Positions 17,929 to 29,664 of a DNA stretch of 64,000 nucleotides are shown here, piece by piece. Each line of letters opens with the position of its first letter. The first letter of the stretch is position 1. Where the stretch lies: assembly GCA_947085095.1 (NCBI GenBank), contig CAMTVD010000006.1, positions 34,587-98,586 of the forward strand, read 5' to 3'. The DNA is from an uncultured Thermus sp. Its GTDB lineage: Bacteria; Deinococcota; Deinococci; Deinococcales; Thermaceae. A program made the translations under genes and the position numbers. The notes below the pieces were generated by a model that made no database searches, had not been told where the DNA came from, and saw only the letters and a list, made by a program, of their open reading frames with translations.

Positions 17929-18500
17929 AAAGGCGCGCCCTCCTCTCCCTCTTCCTCACCCTTCCCCTGGCCCGGGGGCAGGCCTGCGTCCCCACCCCTG
18001 GCCTCAGCGAGGGACCCTACTACCTGCGGCAGGTGCCCGAAAGGAAGGACCTGCGGGAAGGGCTTCCCGGAGTGCCCCTCCGCTTGAGGCTTCGGGTGCA
18101 GGACCGGGCCTGCCGCCCCCTGGTGGGGGCCCGGGTGGACCTCTGGCACACGGACGCCCTGGGCCGCTACTCGGGGATGAACGCCCCCGGGACCTTCTGC
18201 CGGGGCTTCGGGCGCACGGACGCCGAGGGCCTGGTGGAGTTCCTCACCCTCTTCCCCGGCTGGTACCCGAGCCGCACCCCCCACCTCCACCTCCGGGTGG
18301 AGGCGAGCCGGGTCTTCGCCACCCAGCTCTTCTTCCCCGAGGAGGTCCAGCGGCAGGTCTACGCCACCCCCCCCTACCGGGAGCGGGGCCTCCCCCGGGT
18401 GGGCAACCGCCAGGACGGCCTCTTCCGGGCGGATCTCCTCCTCAGCCTCACCCCTGCGGGGGAAGGGTACGCGGCCAGCTTCACCCTGACCCTGCCCTAG
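17925..18500 (+). CDS. Intradiol ring-cleavage dioxygenase-like protein, probably exported
   Basis: EGPYY, VDLWHTD..G.YS, PGWY..RTPHLH and TQLFF; MKRR followed by a hydrophobic N-terminus. Confidence 0.85.
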   Translation: MKRRALLSLFLTLPLARGQACVPTPGLSEGPYYLRQVPERKDLREGLPGVPLRLRLRVQDRACRPLVGARVDLWHTDALGRYSGMNAPGTFCRGFGRTDAEGLVEFLTLFPGWYPSRTPHLHLRVEASRVFATQLFFPEEVQRQVYATPPYRERGLPRVGNRQDGLFRADLLLSLTPAGEGYAASFTLTLP

Positions 18501-19516
18501 CCCGCAAAGAGGAAGCCGCCCAGGCCTCTCCAGCGCCGGTCCAGCCGCCAGAGGCCCAAGGAGCGGGCCATGCGCCAGGCCGCCTCCACCTCCTCGGGGA
18601 AGACCCTGCGGCCGATCTCCCGGTAACGGGGGTCTTTCTTGGCCTTCCAGGCGGGGTAGTACTGGTCCATGAGGTTCACGTAGGTGTCCCGGGAAAGCTC
18701 CGCCAGCCAGCGGAGGATGGCCTCGGTTTCCTCCAAAAGCCCCGGCATCACCAGGTGGCGCACCAGAACCCCCCGCACCGCCAGGCCGTCCTCGTCCACC
18801 TTGAGCTCCCCCACCTGGCGGTGCATCTCGGCGATGGCCCGGCGAGCGGCCTCGGGGTAGTCGGGGGCCAGGAGGTACTTGCGGCTTAGCTCCGGGCTCC
18901 AGAGCTTGAAGTCCGGCAGGTAAACGTCCACCAGGCCCTCCAGCACCCTAAGGGACTCCAGGCTGTCGTAGGCGCTGGTGTTGTAGACCAGGGGCAGCTT
19001 AAGGCCCATCCCCACCGCCAAGGGCAGGGCCTCCACCACCTGGGGCACCACGTGCTCCGGGGTCACCAGGTTGATGTTGTGGCAGCCCATCTCCTGCAGG
19101 CGGACCATGAGCCGGGCCAGCTCCTTGGGGGAAACCTCCTCCCCTTCCCCCCTCTGGCTTATCTCAAAGTTCTGGCAGAAGACGCAGCGGAGGTTGCACC
19201 AGGAGAAGAAGATGGTGCCCGAGCCCCCCCAGCCCCGGAGGACATCCTCCTCGCCGAAGTGGGGGAAGGCGCTGGCCACCCGGGCGTACCGCCCCGTGCG
19301 GCAGACCCCGAAGGCGTTCGCCAGCCGGTCCACCCGGCACCCCCGGGGACAGACCCGGCAGAAGGGGCCCAGGTGGGAGAGGGCCTCCTCCACCTTTTCC
19401 TTTAGGCGCCCCTCCTCAAAGGCCTTCAGGTAGGCGGGGACAAAATCCTTTCGGGGGATGAGGAACCGTCCGTCCCCGTGGACCTCCCGCGGCACCTTCC
19501 AGGACCTCGTGCCCAT
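18497..19516 (-). CDS. Radical SAM protein, PflX-like
   Basis: CRVCPRGC, HFGEE, GSGTIFFSWCNLRCVFCQN and VRHLVMPG. Confidence 0.88.
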   Translation of the reverse strand: MGTRSWKVPREVHGDGRFLIPRKDFVPAYLKAFEEGRLKEKVEEALSHLGPFCRVCPRGCRVDRLANAFGVCRTGRYARVASAFPHFGEEDVLRGWGGSGTIFFSWCNLRCVFCQNFEISQRGEGEEVSPKELARLMVRLQEMGCHNINLVTPEHVVPQVVEALPLAVGMGLKLPLVYNTSAYDSLESLRVLEGLVDVYLPDFKLWSPELSRKYLLAPDYPEAARRAIAEMHRQVGELKVDEDGLAVRGVLVRHLVMPGLLEETEAILRWLAELSRDTYVNLMDQYYPAWKAKKDPRYREIGRRVFPEEVEAAWRMARSLGLWRLDRRWRGLGGFLFAG

Positions 19517-19596
19517 ACTTCCCTAGGCATCCTTTAGCCTACTCCACAAAGGGGCTCGAGGCCCGGGGGCAAGGGGTGCTCTGGTACCCTAAGGCC

Positions 19597-20907
19597 ATGA
19601 TCGCCCGCTACCAGACGCCGGAGATGGCCGCTCTCTGGTCCGAGGAGAACCGGTACCGCATGTGGGCCCTGGTGGAGGCCTACGCCCTCGAGGCCTGGGA
19701 GGGTTTGGGCCAGGTGCCCAAGGGCCTTTCCGAGAGGCTACTCAAGAGGCTTGGGGAAAAGCCCCTCACCGAGGCCTTCGCCCAGAGGGTGGCCGAGATC
19801 GAGGCGTCCACCCGCCACGACCTCGTGGCCTTCACCCGGGCCCTCACCGAGTGGACGGAGGACGAGGAGGTGGGCCGCTACCTCCACCTGGGCCTCACCA
19901 GCTCCGACGTGGTGGACACGGCGCAAAACGCCCTTCTGGTAAAGGCCCTGGACCTCATCCTGGAGGAGCTAAAGGGAGTGGAGGAGGCCCTTAAAGGGCT
20001 CGCCCTCCGCTACCGGCGCACCCCCGCCATCGCCCGCACCCACGGGGTCCACGCCGAGCCCACGAGCTTCGGCCTCCGCTTCCTGAGCTTCTACGCCGCC
20101 TTCCAGAGGGACTGGGAGCGGCTTCGGCGGGCCCAGGAGACCATGGGGGTGGCCATGCTCTCGGGCTCCGTGGGCAACTACGCCCACCTGCCCCCGGAGG
20201 TGGAGGCCCACGTGGCCTCGAGGCTCGGCCTCCGCCCCGAGCCCGTCTCCACCCAGGTGGTGCCCCGGGACCGGCACGCCGAGGTCCTGGCGGCTTTGGC
20301 CATCCTGGGGGGGAACCTGGAGCGGGTGGCGGTGGAGCTCAGGCACCTGCAACGCACGGAGGTCCTCGAGGCGGAGGAACCCTTCCGGGAGGGGCAGACC
20401 GGGAGCTCCTCCATGCCCCACAAGAAAAACCCCGTGGGCCTGGAGAACCTCACCGGGGTGGCGAGGCTCTTAAGGGGCTACCTGCCGCCCGCCCTGGAGG
20501 ACATCGCCCTCTGGCACGAGCGGGACATCTCCCACTCCTCGGTGGAGCGGGTCATCCTCCCCGACGCCACCACCCTGGCCCACTACGCCCTGAGGCGGCT
20601 CAAGGGGATCCTGGAGGGCCTGGTGGTCCACGAGGAAAACCTGAGGCGGAACCTGGACCTCACCCGGGGCCTGGTCTACTCCCAGCAGGTCCTAAACGCC
20701 CTCATCCAGAGGGGCCTTCCCCGGGACCAGGCCTACGCCCTCGTCCAGCGGAACGCCCTAAGGAGCTGGGAGGAAAAGAGGTCCTTCGCCGAGCTTTTGG
20801 AGGAGGACCCGGAAAACCCCCTCAAGGGCGAGGCCCTAAGGGCCCTCTTTGACCCCGCGCCCTTCCTGAGGCACGTGGACGCCATCTACGCCCGATTTGG
20901 CCTCTAG
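19597..20907 (+). CDS. purB: Adenylosuccinate lyase
   Basis: MIARY, TRHD, HLGLTSSD, RTHGVHAEPT and GSSSMPHKKNP. Confidence 0.96.
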   Translation: MIARYQTPEMAALWSEENRYRMWALVEAYALEAWEGLGQVPKGLSERLLKRLGEKPLTEAFAQRVAEIEASTRHDLVAFTRALTEWTEDEEVGRYLHLGLTSSDVVDTAQNALLVKALDLILEELKGVEEALKGLALRYRRTPAIARTHGVHAEPTSFGLRFLSFYAAFQRDWERLRRAQETMGVAMLSGSVGNYAHLPPEVEAHVASRLGLRPEPVSTQVVPRDRHAEVLAALAILGGNLERVAVELRHLQRTEVLEAEEPFREGQTGSSSMPHKKNPVGLENLTGVARLLRGYLPPALEDIALWHERDISHSSVERVILPDATTLAHYALRRLKGILEGLVVHEENLRRNLDLTRGLVYSQQVLNALIQRGLPRDQAYALVQRNALRSWEEKRSFAELLEEDPENPLKGEALRALFDPAPFLRHVDAIYARFGL

Positions 20908-21471
20908 CTACCACAAAGAGGGGAGGTGAAGGCGGAAGCCCGGAAGCTCCGGCTCCAGGGAAACGGTCTCCACCCCCTGGAAGCGAAGGGGCTCCTCTTG
21001 GGGGCGAAAGACCTCCACCGCCCGGGCGTAGGGGTCCACCAGAACCCCAAGCCGTACCCCATTCCTCAGGTAAAGGACCATCTTGGACCTGAGCTCCTCT
21101 AGGGCTTGGGAGGCTGAGCGAATCTCAAACACCGCCTCGGGAGCGATGGGGGGAAAACCCTCCCTTTCGGCCTCGGAAAGGGCCTCCCACACGGCCCGCT
21201 CCACGAAAGCGGCGTCGGGGGAAAGGATGGAACCATCCGGAAAACGGAAGCCCGTGGAGGAGTCAAACACCACTCCAAGGCCCTTCTCTTCGTTCCAACG
21301 AGCCAACTGATAAGCCAGCTGTAGGCTCCTCCGGCCGCTTTCTCCTCCTGTGGGGCTCACCCAAAGCCTCCCTTCCGGCGAACGCTCCAGCTGGTACCCG
21401 GGATTGAGCTCGGAAAGGCGGCGGAGTTCCGCCTCGGTGATGGGGTGCGCCAGGTCTAAGACCAGGGCCAT
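20908..21471 (-). CDS. Uma2 family (PD-(D/E)xK-like) endonuclease
   Basis: SPTGG, DSSTGF.FPDG..LSPDAAFV, PEAVFEIRS and KM..Y..NGV.LG.LVDP. Confidence 0.88.
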   Translation of the reverse strand: MALVLDLAHPITEAELRRLSELNPGYQLERSPEGRLWVSPTGGESGRRSLQLAYQLARWNEEKGLGVVFDSSTGFRFPDGSILSPDAAFVERAVWEALSEAEREGFPPIAPEAVFEIRSASQALEELRSKMVLYLRNGVRLGVLVDPYARAVEVFRPQEEPLRFQGVETVSLEPELPGFRLHLPSLW

Positions 21472-21541
21472 GCCTGTCCCCATTGTGGCACAGAGGGGCT
21501 TAGAATGGGGAGAAGGGGCTAAGGGCCCGCTTAGGAGGCGC

Positions 21542-22231
21542 ATGGAAAAGCTCTACGAGGGCAAAGCCAAGATCCTCTACCCCGAGGGGGAAAACCTGAG
21601 GGTCTACTTCAAGGACGAGGCCACCGCCTTCAACGCGCAAAAGAGGGGCCTGATCCCCGGCAAGGGAGTGGTGAACAACAAGGTCTCCGCCTTTCTCTTC
21701 CGCTACCTGGAAGGCCACGGCATAAAGACCCACTTCCTCAAGGAGCTCTCCGACCGGGAGATGCTGGTGAGGCGGGTGGAGATCCTCCCCTTAGAGGTGA
21801 TCCTCCGCTACCGGGCGGCGGGGAGTTTCGCCAAGCGCTACGGGATAGGGGAAGGCACCCCCTTCAAAACCCCTCTGGTGGAGTTCTCCCTCAAGAACGA
21901 CGCCCTGGGGGACCCCCTTATCTGCGAGAACGCCATCCTGGCCTTAGGGCTTGCGGAAGAGGGCGAGCTGGAAAGGGTCAAGGCCACCGCCTTAAGGGTG
22001 GGGGAGCTTCTTAGGGGCTTCTTCGCCCAAAGGGGCCTGGACCTCTGGGACTTTAAGCTGGAGTTCGGGCGCCACGGGAGCGAGATCCTCCTGGCCGACG
22101 AGATCAGCCCCGACACCATGCGGCTAAGGGACGAGAGGGGCGAGCCCATGGACAAGGACCGCTTCCGCCGGGACCTGGGCGGCGTGGAGGAGGCCTACCA
22201 GGAGGTCCTAAGGCGCGTTTTGGGGGAGTGA
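21542..22231 (+). CDS. purC: SAICAR synthetase
   Basis: AGGAGG SD; LYEGKAK, FKDEATAFN, DFKLEFG, LADEISPDT and DKDRFR. Confidence 0.96.
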   Translation: MEKLYEGKAKILYPEGENLRVYFKDEATAFNAQKRGLIPGKGVVNNKVSAFLFRYLEGHGIKTHFLKELSDREMLVRRVEILPLEVILRYRAAGSFAKRYGIGEGTPFKTPLVEFSLKNDALGDPLICENAILALGLAEEGELERVKATALRVGELLRGFFAQRGLDLWDFKLEFGRHGSEILLADEISPDTMRLRDERGEPMDKDRFRRDLGGVEEAYQEVLRRVLGE

Positions 22232-22233
22232 AC

Positions 22234-22488
22234 ATGCGGAGATACCAGGCCACCCTGCTCATAGAACTCAAGGAGGGCATCCTGGATCCCCAGGGCCGGG
22301 CGGTGGAGGGGGTCCTGAAGGACCTTGGGCACCCGGTGGAGAGCGTGCGGGTGGGGAAGGTGCTGGAGATCGTCTTCCCCGCGGAAACCCTTTTGCAGGC
22401 CGAGGAGAAGGCCAAGGAGCTGGGCCAGATCCTGGCCAACCCGGTGATGGAAACCTGGACCCTCGAGGCCCTGAAGGAAGTGCCATGA
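22234..22488 (+). CDS. purS: FGAM synthase subunit PurS
   Basis: LKEGILDPQG, VRVGK and LANPVME. Confidence 0.93.
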   Translation: MRRYQATLLIELKEGILDPQGRAVEGVLKDLGHPVESVRVGKVLEIVFPAETLLQAEEKAKELGQILANPVMETWTLEALKEVP

Positions 22489-23168
22489 AGTGGGCCATTA
22501 TCCGCTTTCCCGGCTCCAACTGCGACGAGGACGCCCGCTTCGCCCTCAAGAAGGCGGGGATGGAGGCCGAGTTCGTCTGGCACACGGAAAGGGAGCTGAA
22601 GGGGTTTGACGGGGTCTTCCTCCCCGGGGGGTTCAGCTACGGGGACTACCTGAGGGCCGGGGCCCTGGCCGCCAAGAGCCCGGTGATGGAGGCGGTGCGC
22701 CACTTCGCCCAGGAAGGGCGGTACGTGATCGGGGTCTGCAACGGCTTCCAGGTCCTCACCGAGGCGGGGATCCTCCCGGGGGCCCTCCTCGCCAACCTCA
22801 ACCTCCACTTCACCTGCAAGGAGGTGGGGGTGCGGGTGGAGCGGGTGGACCTCCCCTTCACCCGGCTCTACCGGAAGGGCCAGGTCCTGAAGCTTCCCAT
22901 CGCCCACGCCGAAGGCCGGTACTACGCCGACGAGGACACCCTGGCCAGGCTGGAGGGGGAGGGCCGGGTGGTCTTCCGCTACGCCCCGCTAAAGGGGGAA
23001 GGGGACTACAACCCCAACGGAAGCCTCAACGACATCGCCGGCATCGTCAACGAGAAGGGCAACGTCCTGGGCATGATGCCCCATCCCGAGCGGGCCGTGG
23101 ACGAAATCCTGGGCAACACGGACGGGCTTCCCTTCTTCCTGGGAATGGTCAAGGAGGTCGCACGATGA
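22485..23168 (+). CDS. purQ: FGAM synthase glutaminase subunit
   Basis: FPGSNCD, PGGFSYGDYLRAG, GVCNGFQ, NPNGS and MMPHPER. Confidence 0.96.
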   Translation: MKWAIIRFPGSNCDEDARFALKKAGMEAEFVWHTERELKGFDGVFLPGGFSYGDYLRAGALAAKSPVMEAVRHFAQEGRYVIGVCNGFQVLTEAGILPGALLANLNLHFTCKEVGVRVERVDLPFTRLYRKGQVLKLPIAHAEGRYYADEDTLARLEGEGRVVFRYAPLKGEGDYNPNGSLNDIAGIVNEKGNVLGMMPHPERAVDEILGNTDGLPFFLGMVKEVAR

Positions 23169-23878
23169 AACCCAAAGCCATCACCTTTGACTTCTGGGGC
23201 ACCCTCTTCACCGAGGGTAGGGCGTTCATGGAAAAGGTCATGCCCGCCCGGTACGAGATCCTCTTGGACGCCCTTTCCGAAGCGGGCCACCCCGCCGAGG
23301 AGGCCGAGGTGCGGGAGGCCTACCGCCAGGCGGCCTTGGCCTTTGAGGAGGCCTGGAGGGCGGGGGAGCACATGAGCGTTTACGACCGGGTGGTCCGCAT
23401 CTTCGCCCTCCTGGGGGCCCCCCATGATCCCGGCCTCGTGGCCCTCACGGCCAGGAGGCTGGAGGAGACCTCTTTGCTGGTGGACCTCGAGGCCCTCCCC
23501 GGGGTGGAGGTCCTGAAGGACCTGGCCAAGAAATACCCCCTGGCCCTGGTTTCCGATACGGGCATGACCCCGGGCCGCCTCGTCCGGGAGCACCTGAGGC
23601 GGCGGGGCCTGGACCTCTTCCAGGCCTACAGCTTCTCCGACGAGACGGGCTTCGTGAAGCCCAGGCCCGAGGCCTTCCTCAGGGCCTTGGAGGCCCTGGG
23701 CGTGCCCCCGGAGGAGGCCCTCCACGTGGGAGACCTGCCCCAGACGGACATCAAGGGGGCCTTCGGGACGGGCTACCCCTGGGCGGTGCAGTACGTGGGC
23801 CTGAGGGAGGTGAACGGGGAGGTGGAGCCCACGGCCAAGGTGAAGGACCACCGGGAACTCCTTTCCCTCCTCACGTGA
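23165..23878 (+). CDS. HAD-superfamily hydrolase within the pur operon
   Basis: FDFWGTL, VSDT, KP and HVGD...DI.GA; overlaps purQ and purL. Confidence 0.88.
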   Translation: MKPKAITFDFWGTLFTEGRAFMEKVMPARYEILLDALSEAGHPAEEAEVREAYRQAALAFEEAWRAGEHMSVYDRVVRIFALLGAPHDPGLVALTARRLEETSLLVDLEALPGVEVLKDLAKKYPLALVSDTGMTPGRLVREHLRRRGLDLFQAYSFSDETGFVKPRPEAFLRALEALGVPPEEALHVGDLPQTDIKGAFGTGYPWAVQYVGLREVNGEVEPTAKVKDHRELLSLLT

Positions 23879-26055
23879 TGGAAACCTTAGCCCAGGAGAT
23901 CGGCATCCCCGAGGGGGAGTACCAGGAAATCCTGAAACGGCTGGGCCGGGCGCCCAACCGGGTGGAACTCCTCCTCTTCAAGGTGATGTGGAGCGAGCAC
24001 TGCGCCTACAAGAACTCCCGCCCCCTCCTCAAGGAGCTTCCCAAGGAGGGGGAGGCGGTTTTGCAGGGCCCTGGGGAGAACGCGGGCGTGGTGCGGATTG
24101 GGGAAGGGTGGGCCGTGGCCTTCAAGATAGAAAGCCACAACCACCCCTCGGCGGTGGAGCCCTTCCAGGGGGCGGCCACCGGGGTGGGGGGGATCATCCG
24201 GGACATCATGAGCATGGGAGCGAGGCCCATCGCCCTCCTGGACTCCCTGCGCTTTGGCCCGCCCGATAGCCCCAGAAACCGCTACCTCCTCAAGGGGGTG
24301 GTCTCCGGCATCGCCTTCTACGGCAACGCCATCGGGGTGCCCACGGTGGGGGGGGACCTCTACTTCCACGAGGGCTACGGGGAAAATCCCCTGGTGAACG
24401 CCATGTGCCTGGGCCTTTTACGGGAGGAGAACCTCAAGCGGAGCCGGGCTTCCTTGGGCCGGCCCATCTACTACGCCGGGGCCAAGACGGGCCGGGACGG
24501 GATCGGGGGGGCGGCCTTCGCCAGCCGGGAGCTCAAGGAGGAGAAGGAGGAGGACCGCCCGGCGGTGCAGGTGGGGGACCCCTTCCTGGGCAAGCTCCTC
24601 CTGGAGGCCACCCTCGAGGCCATAGAAAAGGACCTGGTGGAGGGGGTCCAGGACATGGGGGCGGCGGGGCTCACCAGTAGCCTCGCCGAGCTCGCCCACA
24701 AGTCGGGCCTGGGGGTGGAGCTGGAGCTGGACCGGGTCCCCACCCGGGAAACGGGCATGGCCCCCGAGGAGCTCCTCCTTTCCGAAAGCCAGGAGCGCAT
24801 GGTCCTGGTGCCCCGGGAAGGGAAGGAAGCCGAGCTGGAGGCGATCTTCCGGAGGTGGGGCCTGGACTGCGTCCCCGTGGCCAGGACCATCCCGGAAAGG
24901 GTCTTCCGGGTCCTCTTCGGGGGCCAGGTGGTGGCCGAGGTGCCCACGGAGGCCCTGGCCGAAGCCCCCCTTTACGTGCGCCTGGCCCAGGAGGACCCGA
25001 AAATAAAGGCCCTTCGGGAAACCCCCCTCCCCCCCCTGGAGGTGGACCCGAAGGAGGCCCTTTTAAGGCTCCTCGCCTCCCCCAACCTCGCAAGCCGGGA
25101 GGCCGTTTACGAGCGGTACGACCACCAGGTGGGGACCCGCACCGCCCTGGTCCCGGGGAAGGGGGACGCCGCCGTCCTCTGGGTGAAGGGCACTCCCTTG
25201 GGCATCGCCGCCAAGGTGGACCAGAACCCCCGCTATAGCCGCCTCCACCCCCGGCTTGGGGCCATGCACGCCCTGGCGGAGGCGGCCAGGAACGTGAGCG
25301 TGGTGGGGGCGAGGCCCCTCGCCTACACCGACGGCCTCAACCTGGGAAGCCCCGAGACCCCCGAGGGCTACCACGAGCTCCAGGAGACCATCCTGGGCCT
25401 GAAGGAGGCCAGCCTTGCCCTGGGGATCCCCGTGGTCTCCGGGAACGTCTCCCTCTATAACGAGGCCATGGGGAAGCGCATCCCCCCCACGGCCATGGTG
25501 GGGGTGGTGGGGGTCCTGGACGTGAGGAAGCGGGCGGAGATGGGCTTCAGGCACCCCGGGGAGGTGATCCTCCTCATCGGGGAGGAAAGGGGCCATTTCG
25601 GGGGGAGCGAGGCCCTCTACGTCCTCCTGGGCCTCGAGGCGGGAAGCCCCCCACCCATAGACTGGGAGCGGGAAAGGAAAGCCCAGGAGGCCATCCGCAA
25701 GCTCATCGGAGAGGGCCTGGTGAAGACCGCCCACGACGTGGCGGAAGGGGGGCTTCTCGTGGCCCTGGCGGAGATGACCTTCCCCTACGGGATGGGGGCC
25801 ACGGTGGAGATTAGGGAAAGGGGCCTACAGGCCCTCTTCGGTGAGGCCCCCAGCCGCATCCTCTTCACCGTGGACAAAGGGCACCTCCTGGAGGCCACCC
25901 GGCTTCTGGAAGGGGCGGGCCTCCCCTACCGCATCCTGGGGGAGACGGGGGGGAAGACCCTCACGGTCCTCACCCCGGAGGGGGTGGTAGAGTGGGAGGT
26001 GGACGAGCTTCTCTCGGCCTGGAAGGCTCCTTTGCGGGAGGTGCTGGATGGATAA
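23878..26055 (+). CDS. purL: FGAM synthase subunit PurL (small form)
   Basis: MWSEHCAYK, KIESHNHPS, QDMGAAGL, SESQERM and VSGNVSLYN. Confidence 0.96.
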   Translation: METLAQEIGIPEGEYQEILKRLGRAPNRVELLLFKVMWSEHCAYKNSRPLLKELPKEGEAVLQGPGENAGVVRIGEGWAVAFKIESHNHPSAVEPFQGAATGVGGIIRDIMSMGARPIALLDSLRFGPPDSPRNRYLLKGVVSGIAFYGNAIGVPTVGGDLYFHEGYGENPLVNAMCLGLLREENLKRSRASLGRPIYYAGAKTGRDGIGGAAFASRELKEEKEEDRPAVQVGDPFLGKLLLEATLEAIEKDLVEGVQDMGAAGLTSSLAELAHKSGLGVELELDRVPTRETGMAPEELLLSESQERMVLVPREGKEAELEAIFRRWGLDCVPVARTIPERVFRVLFGGQVVAEVPTEALAEAPLYVRLAQEDPKIKALRETPLPPLEVDPKEALLRLLASPNLASREAVYERYDHQVGTRTALVPGKGDAAVLWVKGTPLGIAAKVDQNPRYSRLHPRLGAMHALAEAARNVSVVGARPLAYTDGLNLGSPETPEGYHELQETILGLKEASLALGIPVVSGNVSLYNEAMGKRIPPTAMVGVVGVLDVRKRAEMGFRHPGEVILLIGEERGHFGGSEALYVLLGLEAGSPPPIDWERERKAQEAIRKLIGEGLVKTAHDVAEGGLLVALAEMTFPYGMGATVEIRERGLQALFGEAPSRILFTVDKGHLLEATRLLEGAGLPYRILGETGGKTLTVLTPEGVVEWEVDELLSAWKAPLREVLDG

Positions 26056-27435
26056 GCCACAGGAGGAGTGCGGCGTCCTGGGCCTTTGGGCGGAAACCCC
26101 TCTGGACGTGGCGGGGTTGCTCCACCTGGGCCTCCTCGCCCTCCAGCACCGGGGGCAGGAGGCCGCAGGGATGGCGGTCTCCGACGGGCAGGAGTTCCTG
26201 GCGGAGAAGGACCTGGGCCTGGTGAACCAGGTCTTCACCGAGGAGCGCCTTCTCCGGCTCCGCCTCCCCGGGGGCCGAATGGGCATCGCCCACACCCGCT
26301 ACTCCACCACGGGCTCCAACCTCCGCTTCAACGCCCAGCCCCTCACCGCCAGGACCGCCCACGGGGTCCTGGCCATCGCCCACAACGGGAACTTCGTGAA
26401 CGCCAAGCCCCTCCGCGACCGCCTCCTGAAGGAGGGGGCCACCTTCCAAAGCACCACGGACACCGAGGTCATGCTCCTCCTCCTGGCCCGCCTGGCCCAC
26501 CTCCCCCTGCCCCAGGCGGCGACGGAGGCCATGAGGGCCCTCGAGGGGGGGTATTCCATCCTCCTCATGGACCGGAAAACCCTCCTCGCCCTCCGCGACC
26601 CCCACGGGGTGCGCCCCCTGGTCATCGGCAAGGCCCCCTGGGGCTACGCCTTCGCCTCCGAGGCCCCGGCCTTGGAGCTTTTGGGGGCCACCTACCTGCG
26701 GGACGTCCGCCCCGGGGAGGTGGTCTGGGTGGAGGAGGGGGAGCTAAGAAGCCTCCAGGTCCTCCCCCCAAGCCCCACCCCCTGCGCCTTTGAGTGGATC
26801 TACTTCGCCCGGCCGGATAGCCTCCTGGACGGGGTGGAGGCCTACCAGGCCCGGGTCCGCATGGGGGAGGAGCTCTTCCGGGAGGCCCCGGCGGAGGCGG
26901 ACATCGTGGTCCCGGTGCCTGACTCCGGCATGGGGGCCGCCGTGGGCTACGCCCGGGCAAGTGGCCTCCCCCTGGAGTACGGGCTCTACAAGAACCCCTA
27001 CGCCGGGCGCACCTTCATCCAGCCCACCCAGGAGCTCAGGGACCTGAAGACCCGCCTCAAGCTCGCCCCCACCTCGGCCGTCAAGGGCAGGCGGGTGGTC
27101 CTCATTGACGACTCCATCGTGCGGGGCACCACCAGCAAGCGCATCGTGGGGATGCTGAAGGAGGCGGGGGCCAAGGAGGTCCACTTCCGCGTTTCTAGTC
27201 CCCCCATCCGCTTCCCCTGCTACTACGGCATAGACACCGCCGCCAGAAAGGAGCTCATCGCCGCGGAAAAGAGCGTGGAGGAGATAAGGGCCTATATCGG
27301 GGCCGACTCCCTGGCCTTCCTCTCCGAGGAGGGGGTGCGGCGGGCCATCGGGGGGCCGGTGTGCCTGGCCTGCTTCAACGGCCGCTACCCCGCCGGGGTG
27401 CCTGAGGCAGGGGAGAAGCTCGCCCTGGAACTGGG

Positions 27436-27439
<4 letters not shown>
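26048..27439 (+). CDS. purF: Amidophosphoribosyltransferase
   Basis: EECG propeptide, LQHRGQE, HTRYST, VPDSG, DDSIVRGTTS, and Fe-S Cys residues (CAFE, PCYYG, CLACF). Confidence 0.96.
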
Positions 27440-29365
<1,926 letters not shown>

Positions 29366-29369
<4 letters not shown>

Positions 29370-29599
29370 TCCAGGCCCCACGCCCATGAAGGCCGCGATC
29401 TCCTCCGGGGCGGCCTCAGCGGCCTTGCGAAACTCCTCCAGCCTTTCCTCGCTGTAAACCTCGTAAGAAAGGAGAAGGGCCGGTTCCAGCACAAGCCTAC
29501 CCTCTTCCACCTTAGGAGGAGGACATCCCCGGGCCTTAGGCCCAGCTTTTCCCGGACCTCCTTGGGCAAAGTGATCTGGCCCCGGCGGGAGAGGGAAAG
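29366..29599 (-). pseudogene. AbrB/MazE-type antitoxin, frameshifted
   Basis: SRRGQITLPKEVREKLGLRPGD in one frame, KVEEGRLVLEP in another, AWGLE* back in the first; no clear start codon. Confidence 0.78.
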
Positions 29600-29664
29600 G
29601 GGCCTCAGTATAGCGGAAAATCCGCATACCCTAAGGCAAGCGGGAAGGCCCTACAATGAGGGGG

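Noticed and set aside
19517..21541. Purine riboswitch upstream of purB or purC
   Set aside because: purB looks leaderless and the purC leader is only about 30 nt; no aptamer consensus is visible.
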